Of a stretch of DNA of 64,000 nt, positions 41,901-50,025 are shown piece by piece. Source of the stretch: Bdellovibrionota bacterium (GTDB lineage: Bacteria > Bdellovibrionota_G > JALEGL01 > DATDPG01); NCBI GenBank assembly GCA_963668355.1, contig OY764265.1, positions 2,858,493 to 2,922,492 on the forward strand. Direction: 5' to 3'. The translations under genes were made by a program, and so were the position numbers. The notes beneath the pieces were generated by a model. It was not told where the DNA came from and searched no databases. It saw only the letters and a list, made by a program, of their open reading frames with translations. The first letter of the stretch is position 1. Every line of letters starts with the position of its first letter.

Positions 41901-42407
41901 GGAAGCTAAATTCACGGCATCGCCCATCACAGTAAAATCTTGGTCCCGCCCCTTCCCAATTCGACCTGTAACCACCAAGCCGGAATTCACGCCCACGCGA
42001 ATTCCAATTTTAATTTCTCGCTGCGCTAAAATCCGATTGATCTCATTGAACTTCTCCTGCATTCCCAGAGCGGCTCTCAACGCATTTTCACAATCCTGAT
42101 CGGAGGCTTGTCGACTGCCAAAAAGGGCCATCATCCGATCCCCCTCATATTTGTCGATGTACCCCTGATACTTTTCAATTTCATTGGTGAGAATTTTGAA
42201 GCAATTATCAATGATCAACTGCACGTCTTCAGGGTCCAATTTCTCACTCATGGCTGTAAAACCCTGAATATCCAAGAAAAGAATCGTGACCGTTCGCCGC
42301 TCCCCCTCTTTTAAGCGTACCTGGGCCTTTTTCGGAGATGAGGCCGTCAGCTGAGACAGCTTATCCAAATCTGATTTAAGAACGTCTGACCAATTGGCCT
42401 CAAGCAT
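38976..42407 (-). CDS. Class III adenylate cyclase + AAA/STAND NTPase + TPR protein
   Basis: LFLDIQGFT, DKYEGD, GDAVNLASRL; Walker A APAGVGKS, Walker B IVLED; many TPRs. Start chosen at ATG 42407 (ORF track extends to 42512). Confidence 0.9.
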   Translation of the reverse strand: MLEANWSDVLKSDLDKLSQLTASSPKKAQVRLKEGERRTVTILFLDIQGFTAMSEKLDPEDVQLIIDNCFKILTNEIEKYQGYIDKYEGDRMMALFGSRQASDQDCENALRAALGMQEKFNEINRILAQREIKIGIRVGVNSGLVVTGRIGKGRDQDFTVMGDAVNLASRLETAAPTNQIMISDSVKKAAGDGFLYENLGNITVKGKSQPISVFCVKGLNPNRAERWERSPFTKRSGYVRRKTEEDLLKKTATQLSRQGEGLVGVAFSAPAGVGKSRLIHEFIRPYQQNKKGGMGIVLKSNIAALQAQPLVLFQDVFRKMLANEEFGQFLFDVSDEVKENVTRLKPVIQYVAGNAEADERMKTLEPKALKLEIQLAIRYAFERLATFAKKKNEKLLMIVLEDLQLMDSASQEALEFLAENFPKDFPIFFLFTYRPSFQPSAGFQTVFNLQEVRLTPLSDKDCKGILRNVLGPTSLTAKEQLLLVRRSGGNPFFMEELIQSLVDEGILKRREDDSWEITRLIEEATLPETVNLILLGRIDRLSPDTKEVLMTMAVVGESVPLKVLFNVASHMGLQDASIEEYLSTLEELGFIFRRKEEGALGKEVAFRHALTQEVVYSTLLNHNKKILHELVGKAFEKVYGDPLDIHAMLLYQHFSNAGMEEKAIHYGMTGVDQLVRQCAPREALQLILDLRKVLASTLESPENFKRDVRLREFEVKVYDFLGQRKDQLRCIQELEDIAKLNPEKKLKARISSFWAMYLVALGKFKEAKEHAERGLEEMGEKGQESSLRMDLTRTLGIACYSVGDYPCALNHYAEGLRISEVLGEDSARGDFLNVIGLVYFNMGKPHEALSYYQQSHEIVTKIGNRRSEGVSLGNQGLVHWTLGNYSEALALLRKSHNIFREIGFRKNQAATIGNIGVIHHKLGQYEEALKCYEQAIDLRQDIRDRAGEGYDLVNIGVAYLHLGEYERALEHFSSGEKIAREVGSNYLLSENLNNLSVIYRKRGESDSGCLKKAIEFASEALAIGREQKLVSARVKALSSLARSFFIQGESEKALAHSEEALSLVKENPQGVEGSEEDAYINHYHILKELGRAEEAKEILRTMVHLIESRASQIKEEAYRESFLNSVRQNRYAMREWRGLKDSD

Positions 42408-42425
42408 AGATAGTTGAATTTTTTC

Positions 42426-42562
42426 ATAATTTCGGGGTCCCCACAACCCTGAGGCCCCTTTGCTCTCCGGGAAAATAGGCCCGCCCCAACCCAGGCCAAG
42501 CGGGACACGCACTCACCCATGTCCCACATCCAGTTTGTGCCCCAATCGAAACCCGAAATTAT
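42426..42562 (-). ncRNA. Candidate structured 5' leader or sRNA with three hairpins carrying GGGT(T/G)-type loops
   Basis: 11-bp flanking IR ATAATTTCGGG/CCCGAAATTAT; hairpins GGGACATG/CGTGTCCC, GGCCTG/CGGGCC, GGGGCCTCA/TGGGGACCCC; G-U pairs favour the minus strand. Confidence 0.45.
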
Positions 42563-42597
42563 TTCAACAACTTACGATCGCCTTCCCCTTCGAAATT

Positions 42598-42615
42598 CTG
42601 GCATATGGAATGCAA
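42598..42615 (+). promoter_or_regulatory. Sigma-54-type promoter
   Basis: CTGGCATATGGAATGCAA: GG at 42600-01 and GC at 42612-13, exact -24/-12 spacing. Confidence 0.6.
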
Positions 42616-42626
42616 AGATCCTTCTC

Positions 42627-42857
42627 ATGCAAGGTAGAGCATTCAAACTCAAAGCGGGGCTGGTTGTAATGACCCTCTTATATGGAACTTCGGTAAATGC
42701 GGCCATTCGTTGGGTCTTGGAAACTCCTGCTCAGAACAAACAAGTAGCCTTTTCCGAAACGTTGGAAAAATCTTTCTCGAAGTTTCTAAAAGACTTGCGC
42801 GGATGGACCCAACACGAAACCGAGAAAAAACTTCAAATCAAGCCTCGGAAGAAATGA
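42627..42857 (+). CDS. Small (76 aa) putative secreted basic protein
   Basis: MQGRAFKLKAGLVVMTLLYGTSVNA| resembles a signal peptide; in frame with ORF 42519..42857; follows the sigma-54 motif. Confidence 0.5.
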   Translation: MQGRAFKLKAGLVVMTLLYGTSVNAAIRWVLETPAQNKQVAFSETLEKSFSKFLKDLRGWTQHETEKKLQIKPRKK

Positions 42858-43641
42858 TCCGAGTCAACATTCGAAGGGCTTGAATCATTCGAGGGCCCGG
42901 CCAGCAAATATCTTCCCCACAGACTTCCTCGACTCTGACCGACTTCCCTGCCTCCATAAATTTCGTTTTCCAGAAATTCCGATCCTCCACCTTGAAGGGA
43001 TAGGGTTCCGTCGGGAAAAGAATGATGTCTGGCGAGATCTCCATGATCTTATCTTCGCCGACTTCTGGATAACGACTCATTTCGGTTCCTAAGATATTTT
43101 CTCCACCACAAAGGGTGATCAAATCGTGAATGTACGAATTTCCCCCAACACCGATCCATGGTTTTTTCCATATCAGTGTGAGGACCTTAGGTTTTTTCCA
43201 TACTTCTTGAGCCTTCACTTTTTCCCACTCCACCTTGCAACAAGAGATCCAGGAATCCACCTTTTCGGGCTGTTCAACCAACCCCTTCATCTCTTCCAGC
43301 ATCTGAATGGTTTCTTCTACGGTCTTAGGATAGGTCAACCAAACAGGAATTCCTTTTTCTTGAATCGCCTCGATTTCTTCCTTCAGATTCTCTTCCTGAT
43401 TGGCAATGACGAGATCCGGTTTCAACGAAACAATTTTTGAAAGCTTGAGAGACTTTGGCCCACCCACACTGGGAACCGCCTCAACATAGGGCTTGGGTTC
43501 AATGCAGAAACGAGTTCTTCCAACGGGAGTGACACCGAACAAAAACAAGTTTTCGGTAATGCTTGGAACTACAGAAACGATTTTCTGAGGAATGGCAGGC
43601 AAATCAAGCGTTTCCCCGTTCGCTTGAGTGAATCGGATCAT
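42838..43641 (-). CDS. Helical-backbone metal receptor (BtuF/FepB-like binding protein) lacking a signal peptide
   Basis: PQKIVSVVPSITE, GRTRFC, VGGPK, KPDLVIANQEEN, WPGPR. Confidence 0.85.
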   Translation of the reverse strand: MIRFTQANGETLDLPAIPQKIVSVVPSITENLFLFGVTPVGRTRFCIEPKPYVEAVPSVGGPKSLKLSKIVSLKPDLVIANQEENLKEEIEAIQEKGIPVWLTYPKTVEETIQMLEEMKGLVEQPEKVDSWISCCKVEWEKVKAQEVWKKPKVLTLIWKKPWIGVGGNSYIHDLITLCGGENILGTEMSRYPEVGEDKIMEISPDIILFPTEPYPFKVEDRNFWKTKFMEAGKSVRVEEVCGEDICWPGPRMIQALRMLTRIISSEA

Positions 43642-43650
43642 TTATCGACT

Positions 43651-45294
43651 CTAAAACTTTCGCCGATCCAGTCGGTATTTGACAATTTTCTTATTCAACC
43701 CTTGGCGCGTAATGCCACACAATCGAGCGACTTTGGTCTTATTCCATTTATGTTTTCGCAAATACTTGGAAAGAAGACTTTTCTCGAAATCCTCGACCAT
43801 CTTTTTGATGTAGCCTTCCTCATCCTCATCCCCGGCCTTTACGCCTTCTGGATAGGTCTCGTAGAAAAATTTCTTGGAAAGGTCTTTTCCTTTGATGAGC
43901 GAATGACTTCCTCGTAAGGCGACGACGCGTTCGATCTCGTTTCGAATCTCCCGCACATTTCCAGGCCAATAGTACTCTTGAAAGATCCCCATCACCTCAC
44001 TTGAGAATGTGATCCCCTGCTTTCCAGTTTTTTCCTGAAATTCATTCAAAAAATGATGAATGAGAATGGGAATGTCCTCCGGACGTTCTCTAAGTGGAGG
44101 AAGGGTCAACTCCACAACTGCCAGTCGGTAATATAAGTCCTCTCTAAACTTGCCCAGCTCGATGAGATTTCGAAGATCTCGATGAGTTGCGGAGACGATG
44201 CGGACATCCACATGGCGCATTTCCGTGTCGCCCACGCGCATAAACGTACCTTCTTGAATCAAACGAAGGATTTTTACCTGCAAAGCCAAGGACATTTCAC
44301 CGACTTCATCCAAAAAAACCGTTCCCTTGTCTGCGGCTTCAAAAAGGCCTTTTTTATCGGCCGTGGCTCCTGTAAATGCGCCCTTTTTGTAACCGAACAG
44401 CTCGGCTTCCAAAATGGTTTCCGTCAATGCGGCACAGTTGATGGTAACCAGGGGCTTGTCACTCCGGTTGGAGTGATCATGAATCAACTGGGAGATTAGT
44501 TCCTTTCCCGTCCCCGATTCTCCATAAATGATGACGGAACTTTCAGAGGCACCAATCAGCTTAATCTGGCGAATGATGTCTAAAATGACGGGATTCTTGG
44601 TGATAAGCCCTTTGTAATAGTGTTTCTCAATCTCTTCAGTCGTCTGCTTATCTTTGTTGAGCTCCTCTATATAGCTCCCCAACTCGCCCGAAAGCATTTC
44701 CATCAAATTGACAACGACCGCAATTTTTTCGGAAGAAAAGAAGACGATCTTCTTAATCTCCTCTTCCAACCCGGGCATCGGAGCCCCTTGATAGCCCACT
44801 TTTTCTTTGATTTTGGCCACACCCAGAGCATCGGGTTTCCCAGATGCGAACCCCGCACATCGGATCACTCCGAGAATCTTTCCACCCCCTCGAACCGCAA
44901 CCGCAGCATTGATCAGGCCTGAGTGGGTCTCCCTCACCACAACCTCGTGCGTATTGATGGCCTCTTCAACGATTTGAAGTTGGTCCTCTTCGCACTTAGA
45001 ACGACCCGTGTTATGGCCTTTGAGAAAGTCCGAGAAAATCTTCCTTCCTTTAATCCCAAACGGCATTTCAGCTTCGGCCAGCATTTTCCGAGACCCATGC
45101 CCCAAATACTTCTTTCGGGCATCTTTTCGTCGATTCACGGGCGTTAGGAACATCGCCGGGACATCCAGGTTCCGAAAGGCATCCAGCACCTTTTTCGTGA
45201 CTCGGAGACTGGTTAAGCGTTCCCAATCGATGACGGCATCCTGTTCCGCTTTCTTTTTAGATTCTGAGGGAGCTTGAGTTACCTGTGTGTCCAC
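43651..45294 (-). CDS. Sigma-54-dependent enhancer-binding protein (PocR-like sensor + AAA + Fis-type HTH)
   Basis: GESGTGKE, GAFTGA, FLDEVG, FREDLYYRL, WPGNVRE, C-terminal HTH; N-terminal PocR-like pattern; GTG at 45294 has a GGAG SD. Confidence 0.92.
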   Translation of the reverse strand: MDTQVTQAPSESKKKAEQDAVIDWERLTSLRVTKKVLDAFRNLDVPAMFLTPVNRRKDARKKYLGHGSRKMLAEAEMPFGIKGRKIFSDFLKGHNTGRSKCEEDQLQIVEEAINTHEVVVRETHSGLINAAVAVRGGGKILGVIRCAGFASGKPDALGVAKIKEKVGYQGAPMPGLEEEIKKIVFFSSEKIAVVVNLMEMLSGELGSYIEELNKDKQTTEEIEKHYYKGLITKNPVILDIIRQIKLIGASESSVIIYGESGTGKELISQLIHDHSNRSDKPLVTINCAALTETILEAELFGYKKGAFTGATADKKGLFEAADKGTVFLDEVGEMSLALQVKILRLIQEGTFMRVGDTEMRHVDVRIVSATHRDLRNLIELGKFREDLYYRLAVVELTLPPLRERPEDIPILIHHFLNEFQEKTGKQGITFSSEVMGIFQEYYWPGNVREIRNEIERVVALRGSHSLIKGKDLSKKFFYETYPEGVKAGDEDEEGYIKKMVEDFEKSLLSKYLRKHKWNKTKVARLCGITRQGLNKKIVKYRLDRRKF

Positions 45295-45448
45295 GTAAGC
45301 ATCTCCATGGGCAAGTGGGTGACATAAATATCCTAAGTTTCTTAATGAGTTGACCACATTATCCCCATGAAGGCAATAAAAGTTACGTTATTGACGAAAT
45401 GGACGTGTTGGGAGTAGTTTGCCCCGCGCAACTTAAAGAAGGAGAAGC

Positions 45449-46117
45449 TTGGCCGAAACCATCATCAACTATTTGATCAATATCCCCGGAGAGTGGGCCT
45501 TTGTCTTAGTCATGGTCTTTCTCCTATTCTGTGGTGTGGGCTTCCCCATGCCGGAAGAAATTCCCATCATTGCTTCGGCTTATCTTGCTTACGAAGGCGC
45601 GGTTCCCGTCGAATGGGCCATCTTCTTCACCGTCCTGGCCGCCCTCATGGGAGACACGATCATCTTTTTGGTTGGTCGGCATTTCGGACATCGCATTTTC
45701 GAGCTTCCAATTCTCCGAAACATGGTCACCCGTAGACGTCTTCGCAGGGCCAATGTTTATTTCAAACGGTGGGGAAATGGCGTCGTATTCATGGGAAGAT
45801 TTTTGGCAGGTGTCCGATCCACTGTGTTTCTTTCGGCGGCCATTCTAAAAATGCCTCTTCGGAGGTTTTTGCTCTTGGATGGTGCAGCTGCGGTGCTGAG
45901 CATCCCTTTGAACATCATCATTGTCTATAGCTTGCTGAAAATTTGGGGAGAAGATCTTCACGCCGTCATTCAAGCTTCGCGCAAATTTGGCCACGATGCC
46001 CTTTTGGTGGCCGCCATCGTCGTCTTGGGTCTAGGAGTCTTGATCTATTTTCGGCGAAAAAATAAACATCGCGCCAACGGCAAAAAAACCTCCCCAACTC
46101 CCTCAACCACGGCATAG
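45449..46117 (+). CDS. DedA family membrane protein
   Basis: G.GFPMPEE, GDTIIFLVGR, GRFLAGVR; possible TTGACG-N18-TAGTTT promoter at 45391-45420. Confidence 0.93.
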   Translation: MAETIINYLINIPGEWAFVLVMVFLLFCGVGFPMPEEIPIIASAYLAYEGAVPVEWAIFFTVLAALMGDTIIFLVGRHFGHRIFELPILRNMVTRRRLRRANVYFKRWGNGVVFMGRFLAGVRSTVFLSAAILKMPLRRFLLLDGAAAVLSIPLNIIIVYSLLKIWGEDLHAVIQASRKFGHDALLVAAIVVLGLGVLIYFRRKNKHRANGKKTSPTPSTTA

Positions 46118-46156
46118 CACAGCCATAATAGAATCGAATTTTGTTAAGAATCGGGG

Positions 46157-46358
46157 AAGCGAATCTGGAGATGATTCTCTCCGCTTCAGGTTACGTTCGC
46201 TCCAAAGACTACGATCACTGCAGGCGGGGCCCCTCGTTGTCCGCCCAGCGTCAAGCATAGCTTGCCGCAGGTCGTCTCCATTTCCCCTACCTTCCGTTCA
46301 CGATGTCTTTGGGCTCTCTTCACAGGCGCGGAGAGAATCATCTCCAGATTCGCTTTTT
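46157..46358 (+). ncRNA. Candidate ~200-nt structured RNA (or MITE-like element) closed by a perfect 28-bp stem
   Basis: 46157-46184 AAGCGAATCTGGAGATGATTCTCTCCGC is the exact reverse complement of 46328-46355; internal helices CCAAAGAC/GTCTTTGG, GGCGGG/TCCGCC, CAAGC/GCTTG; T-tract follows. Confidence 0.6.
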
Positions 46359-46454
46359 GTTTCGGCTCGCTCCCCTCGCTTAAAATCATTCGTTTGAATG
46401 ACCAGATAAATTTTCCATGAGAGATGTTCTAAAAATCACCTTGGAAATGTTGAA

Positions 46455-46530
46455 AGGGTGGCCGACAGGGAAAGGGGCTCCGAGCACTGTCGGGGCGCAG
46501 CGAGCCCCTTTCCCTGTCGGTCAGGACCCT
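46455..46530 (+). repeat. Inverted repeat with a 19-bp perfect core (REP-like hairpin)
   Basis: CCGACAGGGAAAGGGGCTC (46462-80) / GAGCCCCTTTCCCTGTCGG (46502-20); loop contains a GCGCAGC mini-hairpin. Confidence 0.7.
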
Positions 46531-46646
46531 CCCACAAAATCTCCTCGGCCCACTTTATGCCCAGAACGAAACCCTTGCGCGACGAAAGTCGCGCCATTCT
46601 TCAACTTCGCTTCTCTTAAACGTAGTTCTTTAACAACGATTACAAA

Positions 46647-48044
46647 TTACGCTGTCACTTGTTGGCTTTTTTTGAGGGCATGTTTGGTCAAACGAGTTCC
46701 GACTTCCCAAATGGGGCCTGGAAACTTCTGGCACATATTCATCACATCATCAAACGCCACCAGAAAATACCGAATATCCTGCTCAGACACACAGAGAGGA
46801 GGAGTCAATTTCACGACATCCATGGCATGTCCACCCACCTGCGTCAAAACGCGATGTTTATCCAACATGGGCATGATGAAAGCTTGACTGAATAGCCCCG
46901 AATCCATTTTATGCAGCACTTTCCACGCGGCTTTTAAGGACAAGGAATGTGGGGTTCCAAATTCCACGGCCGTATACAAGCCTTTGCCTCGAACTTCTTT
47001 CAAAAATTGGAAGCGTTCGATCCGAGACGTGAGTTCGTCCATGAGCAAGTTTCCCATTCGATCGGCATTTTCAATGAGCTTTTCTTCCTCAAGAACATGC
47101 AGAGCCGCCAACCCCGCAGCCATGGACATGGCATTTTGACTGAACGTGCTGGAATGAACCACGCATCGGTCCAAACGATTGAATACTTTGTTAAAGATGG
47201 AGCGCCTTCCGATCACAGCCGAAACGGGAACCTGTCCCCCGGAAAGAGACTTAGACAAAATCACAAGATCGGGTTCCAAGCCCCAATGCTCCGAAGCCAA
47301 AAACCGTCCCGTTCTTCCCATCCCAGACTGAACCTCATCCACTATAAAGCAGGTACCATATTTGCGACATAGGCGCTGAGCTTCAGGAAGATATTCCGGA
47401 CTGGGAACATGAATCCCCTTGCCCTGAATTGGCTCGACAATAAAGCCCCCGACATCCCCTTTGGAGAGTTCGTGTTCCAGGGCTTCCAAGTCATTGAAGG
47501 GAACTTTTTCACATCCCGGTAGAAGCGGACCAAATCCTTCTCGGAAATGATCATCCCCCATCACCGATAAAGCTCCGTAGGTCAGCCCATGAAAAGAGCC
47601 CTTTGTATAAACGGTTTTGAATCTTCCGGTGGAGGCCCGAGAAAATTTCATGGCCGTCTCGACACCTTCCGCTCCGGAGTTTGCAAAAAAGACCGTATCC
47701 AACCCCGCGGGCATTTTCTTCACCAAGGCCTCGGCCAAGAGGCCAGAGAGCAAAGGAGACTCCATTTTTACAAGGTTGGGATAATCCAAATCCAGATACT
47801 CTTTCAAGGCTTGTTTAATGGTGGGGTGGTTGCGACCCAGATTGAAAACCCCATAACCACAGATGAAATCGAGATACCGATTCCCTTCCGAATCGTAGAG
47901 GTACGCTCCCTCTCCTTTCGAGTAGAATCGATCAAAACCGATGATTTTTAAAACTTTAGCAAATGCGGGGTTGATGTACTTTTCTTGCAAGGCATAGTTT
48001 TCCCCCGCTCGCTGTTGGAGAAGTTCTTTTAAGTTGAAAGACAT
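46647..48044 (-). CDS. Class III PLP aminotransferase, HpnO-like (ornithine aminotransferase-related)
   Basis: YLDFICGYGVFNLGRNHP, FHGLT, EPIQG, DEVQSGMGRTG, SKSLSGG (PLP Lys), HSSTF; N-terminus resembles HpnO-type enzymes. Confidence 0.85.
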   Translation of the reverse strand: MSFNLKELLQQRAGENYALQEKYINPAFAKVLKIIGFDRFYSKGEGAYLYDSEGNRYLDFICGYGVFNLGRNHPTIKQALKEYLDLDYPNLVKMESPLLSGLLAEALVKKMPAGLDTVFFANSGAEGVETAMKFSRASTGRFKTVYTKGSFHGLTYGALSVMGDDHFREGFGPLLPGCEKVPFNDLEALEHELSKGDVGGFIVEPIQGKGIHVPSPEYLPEAQRLCRKYGTCFIVDEVQSGMGRTGRFLASEHWGLEPDLVILSKSLSGGQVPVSAVIGRRSIFNKVFNRLDRCVVHSSTFSQNAMSMAAGLAALHVLEEEKLIENADRMGNLLMDELTSRIERFQFLKEVRGKGLYTAVEFGTPHSLSLKAAWKVLHKMDSGLFSQAFIMPMLDKHRVLTQVGGHAMDVVKLTPPLCVSEQDIRYFLVAFDDVMNMCQKFPGPIWEVGTRLTKHALKKSQQVTA

Positions 48045-48096
48045 ACGGCTTTTCTCCTACCAGAATCCCAAAGGAAACAAAAGCAGGACGAATCGC

Positions 48097-48567
48097 CTAG
48101 TCCGAGAAGGCTTTCTTGACCGCATCTTGGGTTCGGTCCGAGCTTTGGGAGTAGGAGTCTTGAACCCGATCCCTCATTTCCTTCATCACGCCCCCCACTT
48201 CGGGAAGCCTCTCCCGAAAACGGAGAACAAAATCCATCGGAAATTCCATTCCCATCAAATCCAATCTTCGTTGATAAGGAGCATAGAGATCGATTTCATC
48301 TTCATTGTCAGAAACATTTACCTGAATCTTTTCTGGATCGTATTCCGCACCGATCCATCGAAGTTTTTCCTCAATTTCCCCCTGCACTCCGGCGAATCTT
48401 TGTGAGGTCAATGCGTTTTTGGCGAAGGACCTTGCTTCCTCTTCTAACGTGGAATGGTCGAAGTACAGACGCCCAACCTTGAAACCAGAGAAGATTCCCA
48501 CAAATAAAATTCCCAATAAAATCCAAATCCCCAGGCCTCCATGATCCGGTTTTCTCATGCGATTCAT
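48097..48567 (-). CDS. Single-TM hypothetical protein, DUF4845/pilin-like
   Basis: Basic leader + GG + hydrophobic helix + 'LYFDH..L' and a small beta-rich domain; start at 48567 or 48558. Confidence 0.55.
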   Translation of the reverse strand: MNRMRKPDHGGLGIWILLGILFVGIFSGFKVGRLYFDHSTLEEEARSFAKNALTSQRFAGVQGEIEEKLRWIGAEYDPEKIQVNVSDNEDEIDLYAPYQRRLDLMGMEFPMDFVLRFRERLPEVGGVMKEMRDRVQDSYSQSSDRTQDAVKKAFSD

Positions 48568-48621
48568 TATAAAGGGGTTTTCCGCATTCGGCACGCAGCT
48601 TTGGCCTTGACCTGAGAACAC

Positions 48622-50025
48622 ATGAGGAGTAAGGCGGCTTCCCAATTCGAACTCATGATTGCTCAGTTAAAAGATAACTTATCGAGACTGCCTTTTGGGG
48701 AACGTGTGGGGGAATTGCAAACCTCCATCCCAGGCCCTCAATCCAAAGAACTGGCCAAACGTCTCACTCGCGTGGAAGCCCCTGGAATCACTTCCATTGG
48801 CAGCGATTTTCCCGTGTTTTGGGAACGAGCTCTCGGCTCCAATGTCCAGGACGTGGATGGGAATGTCTTTGTGGATCTTTGCGCCTCATTTGGTGTGTGT
48901 GCTCTGGGGCACTCTCCAGCATCCATCGTTGGAGCCTTGGAGAAACAAGCCAATCAACTTCCACACGGAATGGGAGATGTTCACCCCGCATCCATCAAGG
49001 TTGAGCTGTTGGAAAGGCTTTCGAATCTTTTTCCAGGCAAAAATGGACAAAGCATCCTCTGTTCTTCTGGGGCAGAAGCCGTGGAATCGGCCTTAAAAAC
49101 GGCGCGCTTGATTTCAGGAAGACCCGGAGTGATCTCCTTTCATGGATCCTACCATGGGCTCACCTACGGAACATTAGCTGTGGGAGGTCAGAGCAAATTC
49201 AAGGAACCATTTTCAAATCAAATTGCTTCCTTCACACATTTCGCATCTTATCCAAACGCTCAATCCGACCCGTCCCCCATGGCCGTAGATGCTTCCATCT
49301 ATGAATTGGAAGAAATCTTTCGAATGGCCTCCAAGGGACCCAACCCGATCGGGGCGATTATTCTAGAGCCCATTCAAGGTCGAGCCGGCGTGATTCAACC
49401 TCCCTCAGGTTGGCTCAAAGCGGTCAGAGAGTGGTGCGATCTTCGACACGTCGTCATGATTGTAGATGAGATCATGACGGGCTTTGGAAGGACCGGAACT
49501 CGCTTTGCGGTAGACCACGAAAGAGTCCGGCCAGATCTCCTCTGTGTGGGAAAAGCACTCTCCGGAGTTCTCCCTTTTTCGGCCTGCATTGGCCGTGAAG
49601 AAACCATGAAAGGATGGCCTTGGTCCAATGGGGAAGCTCTCCATACAAGCACCTTTTTGGGCAATCCTCTGGGCTGTGCGGCCGCATTAGCTTCCCTTCA
49701 AGCCATTGAGCAAAAAGAGCTCGCTCATCGCGCACGTCGTTTAGGCAACGATGTCATGTCCGAAATCGAAGTATGGAAAAAGAACACGACCCGAATCAAA
49801 AATGTTCGAGGACAGGGCCTCATGATCGGGATCGAACTCGATTCCGAAGGCCATGAAGACATCGGCTTCGAAGTCACCAAACGAGCCCTTGCACGAGGAG
49901 TAATCCTTCTTCCGTCTGGAGAGAAAGGAAAGGTCCTTTCCCTTACGCCTCCCTTGGTGATTGGGGGAAGACAACTTCAATGGTCTTTGGACCAATTGCG
50001 CGATATCCTCCTCCAGTTTTCGTGA
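48622..50025 (+). CDS. Class III PLP aminotransferase (GABA-aminotransferase-like)
   Basis: IPGPQS, DVDGNVFVD, SGAEAVE, YHGLT, EPIQGRAG, DEIMTGFGRTG, GKAL (PLP Lys), TFLGNP. Confidence 0.92.
   Translation: MRSKAASQFELMIAQLKDNLSRLPFGERVGELQTSIPGPQSKELAKRLTRVEAPGITSIGSDFPVFWERALGSNVQDVDGNVFVDLCASFGVCALGHSPASIVGALEKQANQLPHGMGDVHPASIKVELLERLSNLFPGKNGQSILCSSGAEAVESALKTARLISGRPGVISFHGSYHGLTYGTLAVGGQSKFKEPFSNQIASFTHFASYPNAQSDPSPMAVDASIYELEEIFRMASKGPNPIGAIILEPIQGRAGVIQPPSGWLKAVREWCDLRHVVMIVDEIMTGFGRTGTRFAVDHERVRPDLLCVGKALSGVLPFSACIGREETMKGWPWSNGEALHTSTFLGNPLGCAAALASLQAIEQKELAHRARRLGNDVMSEIEVWKKNTTRIKNVRGQGLMIGIELDSEGHEDIGFEVTKRALARGVILLPSGEKGKVLSLTPPLVIGGRQLQWSLDQLRDILLQFS

Noticed and set aside
46157..46358. 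Retron msr-msd, 6S RNA, tmRNA, RNase P or SRP RNA
   Set aside because: No reverse transcriptase in the window, no zapA/ygfA context and none of the hallmark motifs; 6S RNA cannot be fully excluded without an Rfam scan.
46186..46887. ORFs 46186..46389 (-) and 46417..46887 (+) as real genes
   Set aside because: They run through palindromic DNA or antisense to the aminotransferase and look like by-products of the inverted repeats.
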